A stretch of 64,000 nt of DNA from Microthyrium microscopicum (lineage: Eukaryota): the NCBI GenBank assembly GCA_010405405.1, contig MU004231.1, positions 1,433,784 to 1,497,783 on the forward strand. The letters run 5' to 3'. Positions within the stretch are counted from its first letter, which is position 1, and each line of letters begins with the position of its first letter. Below, piece after piece: positions 1 to 13,399 of this stretch. The notes beneath the pieces were generated by a model. It had not been told where the DNA came from. It searched no databases and saw only the letters and a list, made by a program, of their open reading frames with translations. The position numbers and the translations under genes were made by a program.

Positions 1-36
1 CTTTGACTTTAGACAATTTCACTGACAATTTCATAG

Positions 37-204
37 ATTCTATACGCCTACGAAGACGAAACAGGCGATGATGTTATCGCCAGCATAGATTTCTGGGGCA
101 GTAAGGACAATCAACCACAACAGTCTGGTCCTACGCAACAGCGCATCGCCATCAACGCTCCACCAAACGCCGCGCCAACCTACGGTAAAGAATATCGGCA
201 CTAA
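37..204 (+). CDS. Last exon of a gene that starts upstream of the window (product not identified)
   Basis: Branch site and acceptor (cactgac...catag at 20-36), then an open frame ILYAYEDETGDDVIASIDFWGSKD...GKEYRH ending in TAA at 202-204. Confidence 0.6.
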   Translation: MLYAYEDETGDDVIASIDFWGSKDNQPQQSGPTQQRIAINAPPNAAPTYGKEYRH

Positions 205-1195
205 GCCGGTTCTTTTGCCAATGTACTATCACAGTCTTCTGGATACTCGTGGTGTCCATCGTTCTTGAGGCGTTTTTGCTTAGCGGGCGTGCAAATTGCG
301 TTGCATTATTTAGGCGAAGGAGGCCTGTCTTTTTGGATCGAAAATAGGAACTGGTGTTTTCTGCAAAGCTTTGTTTTCTAGACGGGCATTGGGATCAAGG
401 AGTTTCGTGTTCGTCATGTTGCAGCTTGTGGGCCTTGTATCTCGAAGGCTTGTTGAGTTTATGAGCGTTCTAGGTGTTTTTGTTTGCGAATGGGGGTTTT
501 TGATGTAGCCTTGTACTTTGTGCAGAATGAGTGTGACAATATACTTCAACTTGGCAAGACCAGAAATCGTGGTTTCAAAGAATTATTGATTGCCTTTGTG
601 AATACGCAAAGCCTACATGCTTAAAAAGGTCAAATGGCCTTTTCATGATCAAACCGATAATGATCAAACCGATAACATCGCATCTCGCATTCGATGGCAT
701 CCATAGCACTCGATCAAGAACATTTTCTATGGGGGTCATCGAAAGCAATCGGAGATACATGTTTCTATCGGTTTCATTGCATGTTGTTGAGATACAAGGC
801 TGAAAACACCACTTCATCTGTCTAAGATCAATCCACAAAACGTCGTATTTCCAGACGAGTTTGATAGAAGGCGTTCATGGTCGAGTGCTATGGCTGCCAT
901 CGAATGCGATGTGAAACACGATATTTTTCATGCTTCATCGGATATCCTCAATGAGTGCGTGTTTGCACGGGGAATATTCGCCCCGACTTCTAAGAAATAA
1001 GAATGTATTTGCAAGTAAACCAAGGGGTATGTTGGTATCAAAGCCAACTCCTCTGCAACATGCTTGCCGTAAGACACGCCAAACACCAACGAAATCCAAC
1101 AATCCTCCACATCATAGCCAGCCGAAGCCCGCTGCCCATATACTCAATGGGCATTACTCTTCGCCCAACGTAAGGCTATTCAAAGCTTGATACTA

Positions 1196-3380
1196 CTAAG
1201 GCTGTGTATTAATCTCATAACCCAACAAGGTCTCCGTCGTCATCCCCTCCCAACCCCTATTCCCCGCCGTGCTAATCAAAAACCTGCCCGTCGGATCCAG
1301 GAACAAGTGCGACACCACGCCAGTTCGATGACCCGGTACGATCAAGAACGGCACCACTGCCGCCCCCTTGCCACCCTCACCTAGCTCGTCGTTGCGCAGA
1401 TCGTACAGTCTGAGAATGTCATGGCTGGCACAAATTAAGTGGCGGCCATTCGGCATGGCCCGTAGCGCAGAAACTGCTTTGGAGCTGCCTGGTAGTTTGA
1501 GCGTGCGTACAGGCTCACGTAGTGATTTGTGGAGCGAGTATTCCTCGACGCAGTTGTTGCGTCGGCCGGCGTAGATGAAGTTTCCGTCGGGAGACCAGCA
1601 GGCGGACATGCACCAGGGTGGTGTTCCCATGCGGGGAGGGAGAGTTGTAATGGGGTTCTGCATGCGGCGATCCCAGATGCGGAGAGTTCCAGAGATGGAG
1701 GCGTCGAGAAAGGTTGTTTCGGATGAAGGGGTTATATCGTTATTGGTGTCGGGGAGGGAGGGGTGCAGGGTTGATGTTGTTGAGGCTTGTTCGTCGGAGT
1801 GTGGGAGGGATTGAGCCACGGTTTGATTCGCTGATGGTGCTTCTGATGGTTCTGCGACGGCGGTGGGCTGAGATTCGGCGGGTGGTTCAGTGTCGATGTC
1901 CATTTGAGTATCGGAGGGGGCTTTGGTTTCTATATCGAGTGTATCCAGGGGGTTGTCTTCGACAGTTTGTTGTTGGGGCGCGCTTGCGATGGCTCGACTG
2001 AATTCATCGTCCTCGTCGTCTCCAAGAACTGGAGCGAGAGTTCCAGCGTCGTCGTCCCCGAATAGCGAGTCAAGATCAGGCGATCTAGCGTCATCTTGTA
2101 CGCCGTTCGCTTCTGAGGCTATATTGGCTCCTTTGTCTGTCCCGTTCAGCAAGGCACCGGCGCTTTTCGGTTTGTCTGCATTATTGGATGAAAATAATGC
2201 AGATGGTGTGGTGGCTTCTTCCGAATACTGCGGGACTGGCAGGGCAGATAGAGGTCGCGGTTCGATAGCGGATATCTGACTGGCACTTCCGCCATAGGCT
2301 CGTCTGACCTTTCCGGTATTCAGATCCCAGTCGTTTATCGCCTTGTCCCAGCCTCCGGAGAGAACGCTCTTTTCGTCTGGAGCAAGTACGAGTACAGAAA
2401 CAGCGGACGTGTGCGAGCGGAGAGTAGTTATCCGCTCTCCTTCGCCAAACCGGACCGATTGCATCTGGATTGCTCCAGTTTCGTCTCCCGATAGCAGCCA
2501 AAGAGCTTGTTTCTCCACGGCAAGCGAATAGACTGGAGAGATTGGTTTTGCTGCATCTAGGGATTTGACAGGTGTACGGACTATAAATCAATTGGTCAGA
2601 TATTTAGTTTTTTGAGAGCCAAAACATACCTGTTGCGTCCTCATTCTCCCAATAACTTTGCAATACTCCTGCTTTGATAACGCTGTCAACGAAGGGGTGT
2701 CTTTGCGCAACTGTAAGCATAAGCTTTGAGTTAACTGTGTCTACCCAATTATATTTCCGAATGTATCCATCAGTACCGCCTGTGAATACCCAGCGCATAT
2801 CTGGCAGCGCAGCGATTGCGTTGATTGATGTACCCTGGGGAGCAGCAATAGTTGGTACAATATCGTATGTCTGGGCTGTAATCATCTCAGGACGCATGAC
2901 CGGCCGAAGGCGAACTTTGAGGCCACGACCAGAAGGTGCATTTGGCGAAGATATACGAGTGTCTGATTGTTCAGTGATCTGTTCTTGAGCGTGTGACACA
3001 GATGCACCTTCACCATCGCGTGCTGGCGGTCCAGGGGCTTTACTTCGGCTGCGTTTTTGTGGACGAGGTAGAGATGGGGAGTCTGGAGCTTCTTGATCAT
3101 CGTCGTTATCGTCTTGTTCGTCGTCATCTCCACCATCATCACCATCCTCATCATCGTCGCCTTCGTTGTCATTATCATCGCCATCGGGATCGCCGTCGTC
3201 GTTATCGTTATCGTCGTCTCCGGCATCCATGTCTACATCTTGATCTTCTGCGTCTTCCATATTCTCGTCAACGTCGTTTTCCGAGCTGTTGTCGCCAGAT
3301 GCTATACGCTTTCAGTATCAGACTATCTTCACAAGGCTCCAAAGCGTACCATTATCATCATCGTCGTCGAAGGAAGGCAT
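1196..3380 (-). CDS. SPT8: SAGA complex subunit Spt8 (WD40 protein with acidic N-terminus), 3 exons
   Basis: ATG at 3380 (MPSFDDDDN); introns about 3349-3302 and 2629-2581 (GT..AG). Acidic N-terminus followed by the Spt8 motifs YDIVPTIAAPQ, TGGTDGYIRKY, PPWCMSACWSPDG, PFLIVPGH and STAGNRGW. Confidence 0.93.
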
Positions 3381-3790
3381 TGTGATAGTATGCTAGGAGC
3401 TCTAGCCAGTTATATCAAATATCAGAGGTGCAAGTAGTGGTGTATCACGTAGGACGTATTCAGATAAATTATGTGTACAGCTGAGGAAGAAACAATGTCG
3501 AGGCCCGAGTATCCCGAGTATCAGGGTATGCCAAAGACAATAGAGTATTGATGATAGCCAATAGTCCAGATGGGAGGTTTCATTCCAGCGCCTGCAATAT
3601 ACAATGCTCAAATGTTCATGAGCTTCATTTTTGGAGCGGCAGCTTGTTGACAGCTCTAGAGGAGACGACCCCTGCACCCCACACCAGATCAAGATCAATC
3701 AATTGATTGATGTGCAGCCTCCGCACGTGCACTAGTCGGATCGGATACTGCACGCACTACATATCGGCGTTTCGGCTTCTTCTTCACACT

Positions 3791-3819
3791 CATTAGCGTC
3801 CGTATAGGGCAAAATATAA
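3791..3819 (+). repeat. Left terminal inverted repeat of the CACTA-like element
   Basis: cattagcgtccgtatagggcaaaatataa matches the reverse complement of 15612-15640 at 27/29 positions. Confidence 0.92.
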
Positions 3820-4249
3820 TGATTATCTAAGGATTACAGAAGAGTTAGCAAGTAGTAATGGTTGTAGTGTTACAGGCGTTAGAGATGCATTATTTCTCAC
3901 AAGTCTTTAGCTCAATAAACATTACGACGCCACTAATCTTAGATCGTACAAGTCTTAGTACAAAATAAACATTAGGCGCAGTCATAATAGTTGACTAAGG
4001 GTTATCAATTAGCTAAGACTTAGTACTAACCTGCTTCTAATTAGACTATTAACATCTTACAGCCGCCATACTACAAAGATCAGGCGCGCACGCTCCCACC
4101 ATTAGGCGCCCCATCGCGCTTACTTTCGCTTACTACACGTATCAAAAGCACTTAGATCTAGATGAATTCATTTATTCCACGCTACTATATACTACATTGC
4201 ATTGCAGATTAGTACATAACAAGTACTATATTAAAACCCAAAATACACT

Positions 4250-6880
4250 AACATACTTTACTATCCATAGCCAACCCCTTCCCCTTACCATCTAGACCTT
4301 CTAAATAGTTAGTCAAATCATCTGCCAATAGGAAACTTACACTAAATCGGAAATAACGAGGACTAATAAGGTGTTACATAAACCTATTTTAAGCTTAGGG
4401 GCATTACAATTTGCTAAGAGACTACAGCCCCTTACCTTTAGCCGAAATCTTTAGCTAAAGTAACATAATCAAAATCGTATAAAAGCCAAAGAATAGTCTC
4501 TAGCTCAAAAAAGCTCTATAAGAGTAATATAAGGCAGCTATAGGGTTAAACGATTCAGCTTTGAATAAATATAAATCCGTCAAGAAGAGATACTAAGATT
4601 TAGACGCTACGATTTGTAGGGGTATATAGAAATTCATCCAATAAGAGAAGAAGTATTTCTTAAGCTTTAGCTTGCATATCTAGCGTATTAGCCACAGCGG
4701 AGTCCTCCAAGAATCGTAACAATATAACTTACAGAGCCAAGAGGTAAATTATATCTTTGCTACCAAAGTAAGCCCAAAAGCAGCTAGCTATATCTTTTCG
4801 CTATCTGGTATCTTAGCTGCCAGCGGCCTCATTCCATTCCAGCGCCCCAGCCCCTTGCTATGCTATCTAGCAACCATTTGAGTCCAAACCAACCCCAAAC
4901 GTAGATCCGATGCCACATCCGATCGGATATGACACTTACCAATCAAATAACCTACCTGCTTCGGGCTTAACGCTGGAACAGATAAGACAGCTAACCACTT
5001 CAGAGCTCGCAATGCGTAGCGCCATAGCAACGAAGGTAATATTTACTACTACCAAGGAAAGTCAGGGGTAGAGGTAATCTAGAGATGGCATATAGGGCCC
5101 TTAAAGTTAGCTGCAGTATCTAATGTTAATCTATGCAGTCAAGATATAAGGTTTAAATAGGAGCTTAACGTACTAATATTAGGTAAAATGCTAGTAACAA
5201 TGGCGTTCGTCGGCATAGACCTTAATATGCAAAGCGTTAAGGTTAGCAATAGCAATCTAGATAAACAGGAGTGTCAATACATACCTTATATTATTTCAGA
5301 TTAGTAACTTAAGACCAAAAGCCTAGGAAGAATTAGCTTAGCTATATATTAGACACTGTAGTTAACCCCTAGGAGAATATATAAGGGAAGACACAAGATC
5401 AGGCTAGGAGGCACGATAGTCATACTTCATACGTACCATAGATAGATCATAAGCGAGACAAGCACCTAAACTACCTTCGTTAGTACCGTAATCCTAGCAG
5501 TGCCTTTAAAGTATATTAGGATCCATAACAGCACATTAGATTAATAGAAAAGAAACTTATCTTAGAGCTCATAGTACTAAGTATATCCAACACCCATTCA
5601 TTCCTTTCATAGTTAGCTATAGTAGTATAACTATTAGGATAATCTTACTATGCCAGCCAATACTAAGTCCGCCCTACTAATATACAGATAGCATAAAGTT
5701 AGCATAATCTATTGGTTCATAGGCCTAATAACTTACCTATATATTATAAGGATGGCCATCTAGCTTCTACTTACACTATAAGTATCAGCAACAAGTCAAG
5801 TTGTGGTTCTATGTAATAGGGGCAGCGATATCACAGTATCAAACCAGGCTCCAACAGCATTCTAATAGGATTAATACCGCACCAGGTAAGGTAGTAGTAT
5901 AGTATTTGCAGTCGAGATGAAGAAGGACTAGATAGAAAGAGGAACTAATCGATAGCTAGGCAGTAGCCTCAGTGATAGAACAAGCGGATAGTAGGATAGG
6001 ATGTATCTGCTAAGGAGCATGGAGAGCACGAGGAATAGAAGGAAGAGATTGCAAGCCGTAGCTCGAGTAATAACTACTAGAATCTATAGCATAAGTAAGT
6101 AGACGAGCAAGACGTAGAGAAGTGTTAGAATTACAGTTACTTAGCATTTAAAATAATTCAGTGTGGGTAATTAATCATCCTAGTGGCATATTAGCACCTA
6201 TCTTCGTATATAGTTAGAGCAATTCATTAGAGAAGAATAACTATGTCGTCAAGGGGAAGAGATAAATAAGTTTGAACTTTAAGAGGCTTTATGCCTAGAC
6301 TCTAGAGTGGCAGAGCTTTCCTATCGTACAAGGTTAGTTTTCAATACATATAAGGGACATCATCGACGTTTAGACGGAATAATATAAGACTAATACTTAA
6401 TTATCTTATATCAATTAATAGTAGTCTATTAGAAATGCTATTAGTTAGCGACGTATTAGAATTGCCTTAGAAGTACTTAGCATAAGCTATAAGAGTGTGC
6501 AATATACGTGTCTTAGAGAAGAAGGGAGCCACTATCCTATGTAATATACCGTTAGCCCTAGAATAAATTAGAAGTAGGATCAAATCATTAGTCCCGCATA
6601 AAGGAAGGTTATACACATATATATACCCAAAGCCTAGTATTTACTAGTTCCGCGAATAGTTCAACGTAGGTAATTAAAATAGCTAGTCTAGTAGGCTATA
6701 CATAGAAGGGATTTCACAGCCTCAATAGGATTAGAATAGTACCTAAAAGCCTATTAGAGCATATCTCTACGAGTCTTAGTAGCACAATAGAGATTTCAGA
6801 AGTAATGAGACAGAATGCTTAATATATAACGATAAGTCGTTAATTCTAGGAGGCGCATCTTAAGTTTTAAACAATTATGG
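4250..6880 (-). pseudogene. One or two further decayed ORFs downstream of the transposase inside the element (limits approximate)
   Basis: Protein-like readings broken only by RIP-type stops, e.g. RLFFGFYTILIMLL*LKISAKGKG...SFLLADDLTNYLEG (4500-4270) and AFCLITSEISIVLLRLVEICSNRLLG (~6820-6740); donor-like GTAAGT near 4938 and 5736. Confidence 0.35.
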
Positions 6881-7189
6881 AATAAAAGTGATAAAGAATA
6901 GACAGAGAAGAAAGAGATAAAGTTAAATTAAAAGCAAGGCGCCAGTCTATGTAGTAAGAGATGTCTAAGCAGGAAGTCACGATAGACAGATATCTAACTT
7001 CATCTCATCATTTATAGTGTATTAGCACGAGCAATATTAATTTTAAGAGACGTCAAATAAGAATAGAACAATAATTTATACTATCTAAATACAAGTAGAG
7101 AACCCATAGTGTTCATCTATAAGCAGTAATATCTATAAAAACAAGTCAATAGGCTTTTAAGGAGTATTAATGCAAGCAAACAATATCCG

Positions 7190-10100
7190 TTTAGTAATAT
7201 AAATACAGGTTAAAGATTACACTATAAAGCTAAGGCGATACGGTAGATTCAGTACAGAGAGAAGCAATAAAGGTAAAGTATAAATAATAGAACAAAACCC
7301 AATGCAACGCTGCCCCTAATAAACACCACCCAGCTTACATATAGCTAAAGTCCTAGTCAAGGTAGAGATAACCCTAGATCTTAGAGTCTTCGTGGGTTAG
7401 AACCAGGCGATTACCTTCAGCTTTATAAGGAAGCATGTAAAGATAAGTTAGTGAGACGCTTTAAATACTAACAAGCTCAGTCCGAGGTTTGCCATCAGCG
7501 TCTATAATACGGTAGAAGAAGATACCACTAGTAACAGGATCAACACCACCACCAGACTTCCCTAAGATCTCAACAAGAAGGAACACGCGCAGACGCTTGG
7601 ACACTAGTTCGTGGACAAGAACCTGTTAGATAATTCCATAGTACTTCTTACGGAACAGGATAGCTATATCACAACTAAAAGTCATGCATTTCTCAGTATT
7701 ACTATATCCAATTAGCCTTAAGTCAACGAAAGAAGAGAGTATAACTTACGGATTAGTGAAGGATACCAACTTACTCTAGTGCAGTAGATCTAGACAACTA
7801 AACTATACGCTAGGCTCTAAGTAGTCCTTTTCATATGCTGTGAACAGTTTGTCCTCAACGGCAGCCTAATACAGATCTTAATTAGTAGTCTTCGCTAGCA
7901 GGCTGTAATCATATACGCTTTTGGTTATTAGAGATAATGCTACCTTAATAGCGTAGTAGTTAGGATCTAAAATAATGCCACCTTCAAAGGCCTAGCTAGT
8001 ATAAGAGACTTCAAGGGAATTAATATACTCTTATTATTCGGACTTAGGTAGCATATAAATAAAGATAACTAAAATCTCCTGTTAAAGCTCTTAAAGCTAT
8101 GTAGTAATCGCCAGCGCAATGTCTTTTATAGCACCACCAAGGGTAAACCAAAGAGACTACTACTCTGCATCTTGGACCAAAAAATCACGATCTAGTAAGC
8201 AATAATTAGTTCCATATATAGCTGCCTTCTTATCGCTATGTTCTTTTTTCACTAGGGAAGGTAACGACATTCAAAGGCTTCAAAAACTACTCAAGTATTA
8301 TATCGTTATATAATCTAATATGGATATTAAGGCGACCTTTTAGCACTCAGTACGCTGCAGCCTTTACTAAATCAGGCTTAATAACAGGCACTGTACCAAC
8401 TAGATCTGCCGGCTAATCGCTAATCAAACCAGGTATTGTTAGTAGCGCCATCAAGCCAGGTATAGATACTAATAGCAATACTAATGGCGGAGCCTACTCT
8501 ACAGTAGTCAGAGCCCAATTACCAGCACAGCTTAGACGTTAGCTTCTAGCTCAACTAGCAGGACGACTAAAACTACGTGGATTCATAGTATAAGCACGTA
8601 CAGCGGCTTTATAAAGCTTTTACTAGTAATAGCGTACTAGGATTATAGTCCATTTGAATGCTTAACGATCCGCAGCAGTAATAGACTCTGCTAAGAATAG
8701 CAAATTCAATTTCGCTAATACTATAAACACATGCGCCATAATAGCTTCAACAAGCTCATCATTCAACAAGCGACGTCTAGGATTTATCTAATTGCGAAGA
8801 AGAGTGCCAAATTCAGCCATAAGAGTTTAACGGAACAGCTAATTTATATATTCAGCTCATAGCCATAAGCGATACATACTAATAAACACAATTGCCCACT
8901 AACCATGCTCCTACATAGTATAGCTGCTAAGATAGTAGATAGGATTTTAAATACAGCCCCACGAAGGTAGGAATAGAAAGCCACAAAAAGCTAAACTATA
9001 AGCCTCTTACTTTAACGATAATAGTAGCCTATTAAGAAACAGGTTATAAGCTAAGTTTGTAAGACCATTAAGCTTAGAATAAGCTAGATTAGATAGTTAA
9101 GATATAGTTAGATCTAAAACAGGCGAGAGTTAAGAAATTAACAGAACGCCAATAAGCATAAGTCTAGTAGCCATTAAATATTTGCCTTAAGTAGTAATTC
9201 CCAATGTCTATATATAATTAATTATACGTTCAATCTCGTAATAATAATATCCCTAGCAGAGAGTATCAAAATTAAGGTTAGAACGTTCCTAGCCTTCATA
9301 ATTACAGAATCAGCAAGCTTTAGTAGAACTAATAGCTCAAAATCCTAAATTCTAATATTACTAAAGCATATCGCTAGTATACGCAAGAATAAATACACAT
9401 AGTTAAACCTTTTTACTAAAGGACACCTTTATAACCACACCACGCTCTAAGGCATAAAGGTAGCCTTTAACAACATTAATAATACTAGTTATCTAGCTAC
9501 TATAAGGGCCAAGCATAAAAGGTAGAATATTAGCAACACAATTACGTTTATAAGCTTTTAAACCTGCTAGGAATTAGTAGAAAGCGGTAATAGTTCAGTA
9601 CATATTCCAATAAAGACTAAAACTATCAATGTAGAGTAATAAAGCTAAAGACACAACTAGAATATTAGAAAAACAAAAGTTCTTCTTAAGGATATCACGG
9701 CTAAAGTAACGAATCTCCAACTCTGTACGCAGAATTATACGCTAAAATAAAGGACATAATCTAAACTAAGGGTAGTAGATCTATTAAATGTAAGGATTTC
9801 CCTTATAATCAAATTCAATATAATTAGCCAGTTTATGCTACATATTAGAGCTAAAGTAATTATCTATAAGGAAGGCTCCTATAGCTAAAGCAGAGATACA
9901 AACATGAATAGCTTTGTTAGGTAGAATGTATCAGATATTAGTATTATAGAGGAAGTATTCCTATCTAATCAGACCCACTAGGAAGAAAGGCTTACAAATC
10001 AAGAAACCTTAAGCGTCCCAAGGTGCGTATATAATTCCTAAAGACGCTAGAGGAGGCCATCATTTATTTGTCCATACAACCTCGTTATGAAGTATCATAA

Positions 10101-11527
10101 TACCTTACGCAAAGGCTTACATTTGCGCAGTTTGCGAAGCAGAGAGTACAAAGGTATTCAAGTTATTACTATATGTCTTAATAGCAGACACCTATATAAT
10201 CACCTTGATCTTAAGAACGGCGCAGCTATTTAGTCCGTTATAGTCGCAAACTGTTCGATAATCCTTTCCAAAGGCAACGACAAGTTCGATATGCCCTTTA
10301 GCACCCCAAATAGCACAATTTAGACAATCTTCTACTCTATAACGGTAGGCAATAATATCTAATGGCATCACAGTATATATCTTATCTAGACTAGGAAGCA
10401 ATAGATCTTTAATCTTAATCGTCTTACTAGATATAGCGCAAATCGAAGAAGCCTACGCTTCGCCGTAGTAGAGCTCTATAGGCTCGTCCATAAAGTGGGC
10501 CATTCTAGTATAGAGCTTATCTCAAATGGCTTCGCTTTTAATAGCAGCTATAAATAGCTTAATTAGGTTAACGAAATAGATATAATCTAGAATAGGAGCT
10601 TATTTCCTCTTCTTCTATTTAGCTTGCTTATTTAGTAGCTTAGTCTAAGTCAAAGCAAGCTTTTAACATCAAACCTATATAGTAGGAATTTAGATCTCAA
10701 CGTAACGCTTTAAGGTTCTAAGAGTTACTAGAAGAGACTCTAACTCTAGAATCTCGTAATCCTTAATTTTTAGCATTAAAAGGACTTAATAAAGTCCACG
10801 CCAATCAAGACAAGATAGACCAACTAATTTAGCCTATAAACCCATAGCTAGCTTAAATTTAGTAATTAGTACAGTAGTAAACTCACGAGCAAGTAGTTTA
10901 GAAGCATCGTTAGCAACCTCAATAGTAAGTATATCGCCAATCTTAATTTCAGGCTCTAATTAACTAAATACATCTTAATTTAGCTTAACCTCATCGTCAT
11001 CATCAAAGAAGTTATTAAAGTTGTCATTTAGATCGGCAAGATCTAGTAGTTCTTTAAGAATATTCTCCTTAACAGGCTTAACGATTGCTAGGTCTTCTAG
11101 ATCTAGATCGTCTATTAGTTCTTTAAGGCGACCTTACAATACATTAAGACGCGTAGTAAGTTGCGTAAGAGACTAAATATTAAGTTAATATCTATAATAA
11201 TTACACTACGAATAATAAAGGTTTTAAGTTACTTACTAGTTTAGACAAGTCTACAATTTCTTTAGGTTCCTCTACGCTCTCTATAATTTTATTAGCATCG
11301 TTACTAAAGCTATGACCATTATTATTGAAATCTTTATTACTACTATAAAGTAGCATATCAATGTCCCCAGACCCTACAGACTTTCTAGGCTAGTGATAGA
11401 TAATTAGGCGAGCGGCAGATCTAGTCGCTAATGCTCCCTCTAGAGGTATAGTATCTTAATATCCGCGACGACGCTTTGGCACAGGTCCAGCCTTAGCAGC
11501 CAGAACAAAGTAGCTACGACGTGACAT
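7190..11527 (-). pseudogene. RIP-mutated CACTA/Tnp2-like DDE transposase (3' end approximate)
   Basis: ATG at 11527 (MSRRSY...PVPKRRRG, NLS-like). In one frame: ELYYGEA*ASSI (~10476), YIDSFSLYWNMY*T...LPFMLGPYSS (9660-9500; de-RIPs to DGFGLYRNMYR...LGPHGS), YTSDML**Y*NLGF...AC*FC (~9372; GDMPQQ..NSGF..CRFC) and SNLAYSK (~9090; DPAHSE). These correspond to the DGF, DxP and DxxH motifs of CMC transposases. The stops are CAA/CAG/CGA/TGG-derived transitions. Confidence 0.8.
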
Positions 11528-12099
11528 GCTATACAGATCCCTATATTACACTAAGCAATAGTAGTTAGCAATGAGGCTCTGCGGGAATATCCAAACCAAT
11601 GACTTAAAAGCAGAAAAGTTTTATCTCGCACGTACTACAGGTTCGCAAGCAAGAGAATTATTTCAAAGATAATAGTTAGGCAATAGAGCTCATATTTTAA
11701 GCAACAATTTGAAGACAAGAGGGAGAGAATAATAAAGATTTTAGAGATAGGGAATTAAGAGTTAGAGATAGTTTTATAGCCTACAGTAGGGTCAAAAAAG
11801 CAAAGGCCTCTACCAAATTGCTACAGCCAATCAACACAAGCAAACACTTAGCCATACTACGATTAATAAGGGTCAACACGTGTCAATTAAATCTAGATCT
11901 TAGATTCTTAGTTATATACGTTTACAATCTTTTCTAAGTCCTAAAAAGAAGGACAGCAATTATTTATATTTACCATAACAACCAATCAGTGTTTTCATAA
12001 ATAGAGGTAAGCAGACTAGAAAGGCATCTAGGTTTATGTACTATCAGTTTAGGCATTGTAGATTTATTTTAGTTTATTAGATCGTATCGCATTAGCATT

Positions 12100-12470
12100 G
12101 AAAATTATAGACTTACTTATCTAGTAACCATTAAAGTATCATCATCATCAAATGCATCTTCCATAGCTTCTTCCTATACTCTAAGGTACAGCTTCGCTTC
12201 GACTTGTGCTTTAAATACGCAAGCCTTTAACCATACCAGATTCTTAGTCTCGCCGGACCATTCCATCCTCAGAATCAGACTCATCGCCTCTTCCAAACGA
12301 CCAATTGCTTCCTCAGCTATACTCGGTTAGTTATACGTTAGCAGTAGTAAGTAGTATATAGCAATTACTAGTTAGTAGTAGCGGCGGCGGATGCTCATTA
12401 GCAAACTCGATCGTAAGATTGCCATAGTCTAGATTATCTAGACCAGCAGGCGATAACGAGCCTAGTAGAG
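12100..12470 (-). pseudogene. Decayed small accessory ORF inside the CACTA-like element (limits approximate)
   Basis: Protein-like reading AEEAIGRLEEAMSLILRMEWSGETKNLVWLKACVFKAQVEAKLYLRV*EEAMEDAFDDDD followed by a GTAAGT donor near 12117. Confidence 0.5.
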
Positions 12471-13399
12471 AAGAGGAAGGAGGAAAAGGGGCTTGTAAGG
12501 ACATAATTATAGTTGATAAATTTAGATAGCACTTATTTAGTATACACTATTGTAATGAAGTTGGTTGTATTAAAAAAAGAAATTAACAGCGCGACGCGAC
12601 GTCACGCGAAATTAGAAGCTCATCGTGACTACTTATTGTACCTCCACGCGCTCTGCCCCACGAGATCCCAAGATCTCGACAACACAGCTACTCTACGTTA
12701 AGATCCTCTAGCAAGTAAAAATAGGAACCACTAGTCATCTCTAGATTAGTCGTTATGCTCAGAGGGTCCAGGCTTTGTTATATCTATTTAAGCTAAACGG
12801 CGCTCATTGCCAGAAATAGTCACTAGGGCTCGACGTAGTAGACGGATTGGACGAGTAGGTCTAGCAACACTTAAGGGCCCAACCATTCATGTTAGCGCGA
12901 TGTTGTCCTAATAGGTACCTCAGAGAAGTAATCAAGGGTCGATTAAAAATACAGGATCTAGAGGTCTACAGTCTAGGTGCGTAACCTCTAGGGTTGTGAG
13001 ACATAGAGGTTTATCTTATAATATTAGTACTAAAAAGTATTCAGATCTCCCGACGCCGTAAGCAAAATAAAACCATCAAGCCGTATAGAAGGGCTATGTA
13101 TGTATCTACTCATTAGCTAGTACTTAGTAGCAACGAGAATAGAAACACCCAATATTTTATCAAAATATACCCTAGCTATCAAATTGAGAGCTAAACTACA
13201 TTGTCTAAGAAGACAACTATGACTCTATAAACCCTCTAGCAGTAAATAAACTACGAGCAGTATAGTACGAAGCACAAGATTAAAGAGAACTATTAGCTAA
13301 ACATATAGTTTATTAGCTATATAACTAAAAAATAATAATAAGAAGTACAGGAACGAAAAGAAGATATATAAAAAGGTTTACAGGATTAAAGAGAAGTAA

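Noticed and set aside
2993..3437. His/Arg-rich and Ile/Val-rich plus-strand ORFs
   Set aside because: Antisense shadows of the GAY-rich acidic N-terminus of SPT8.
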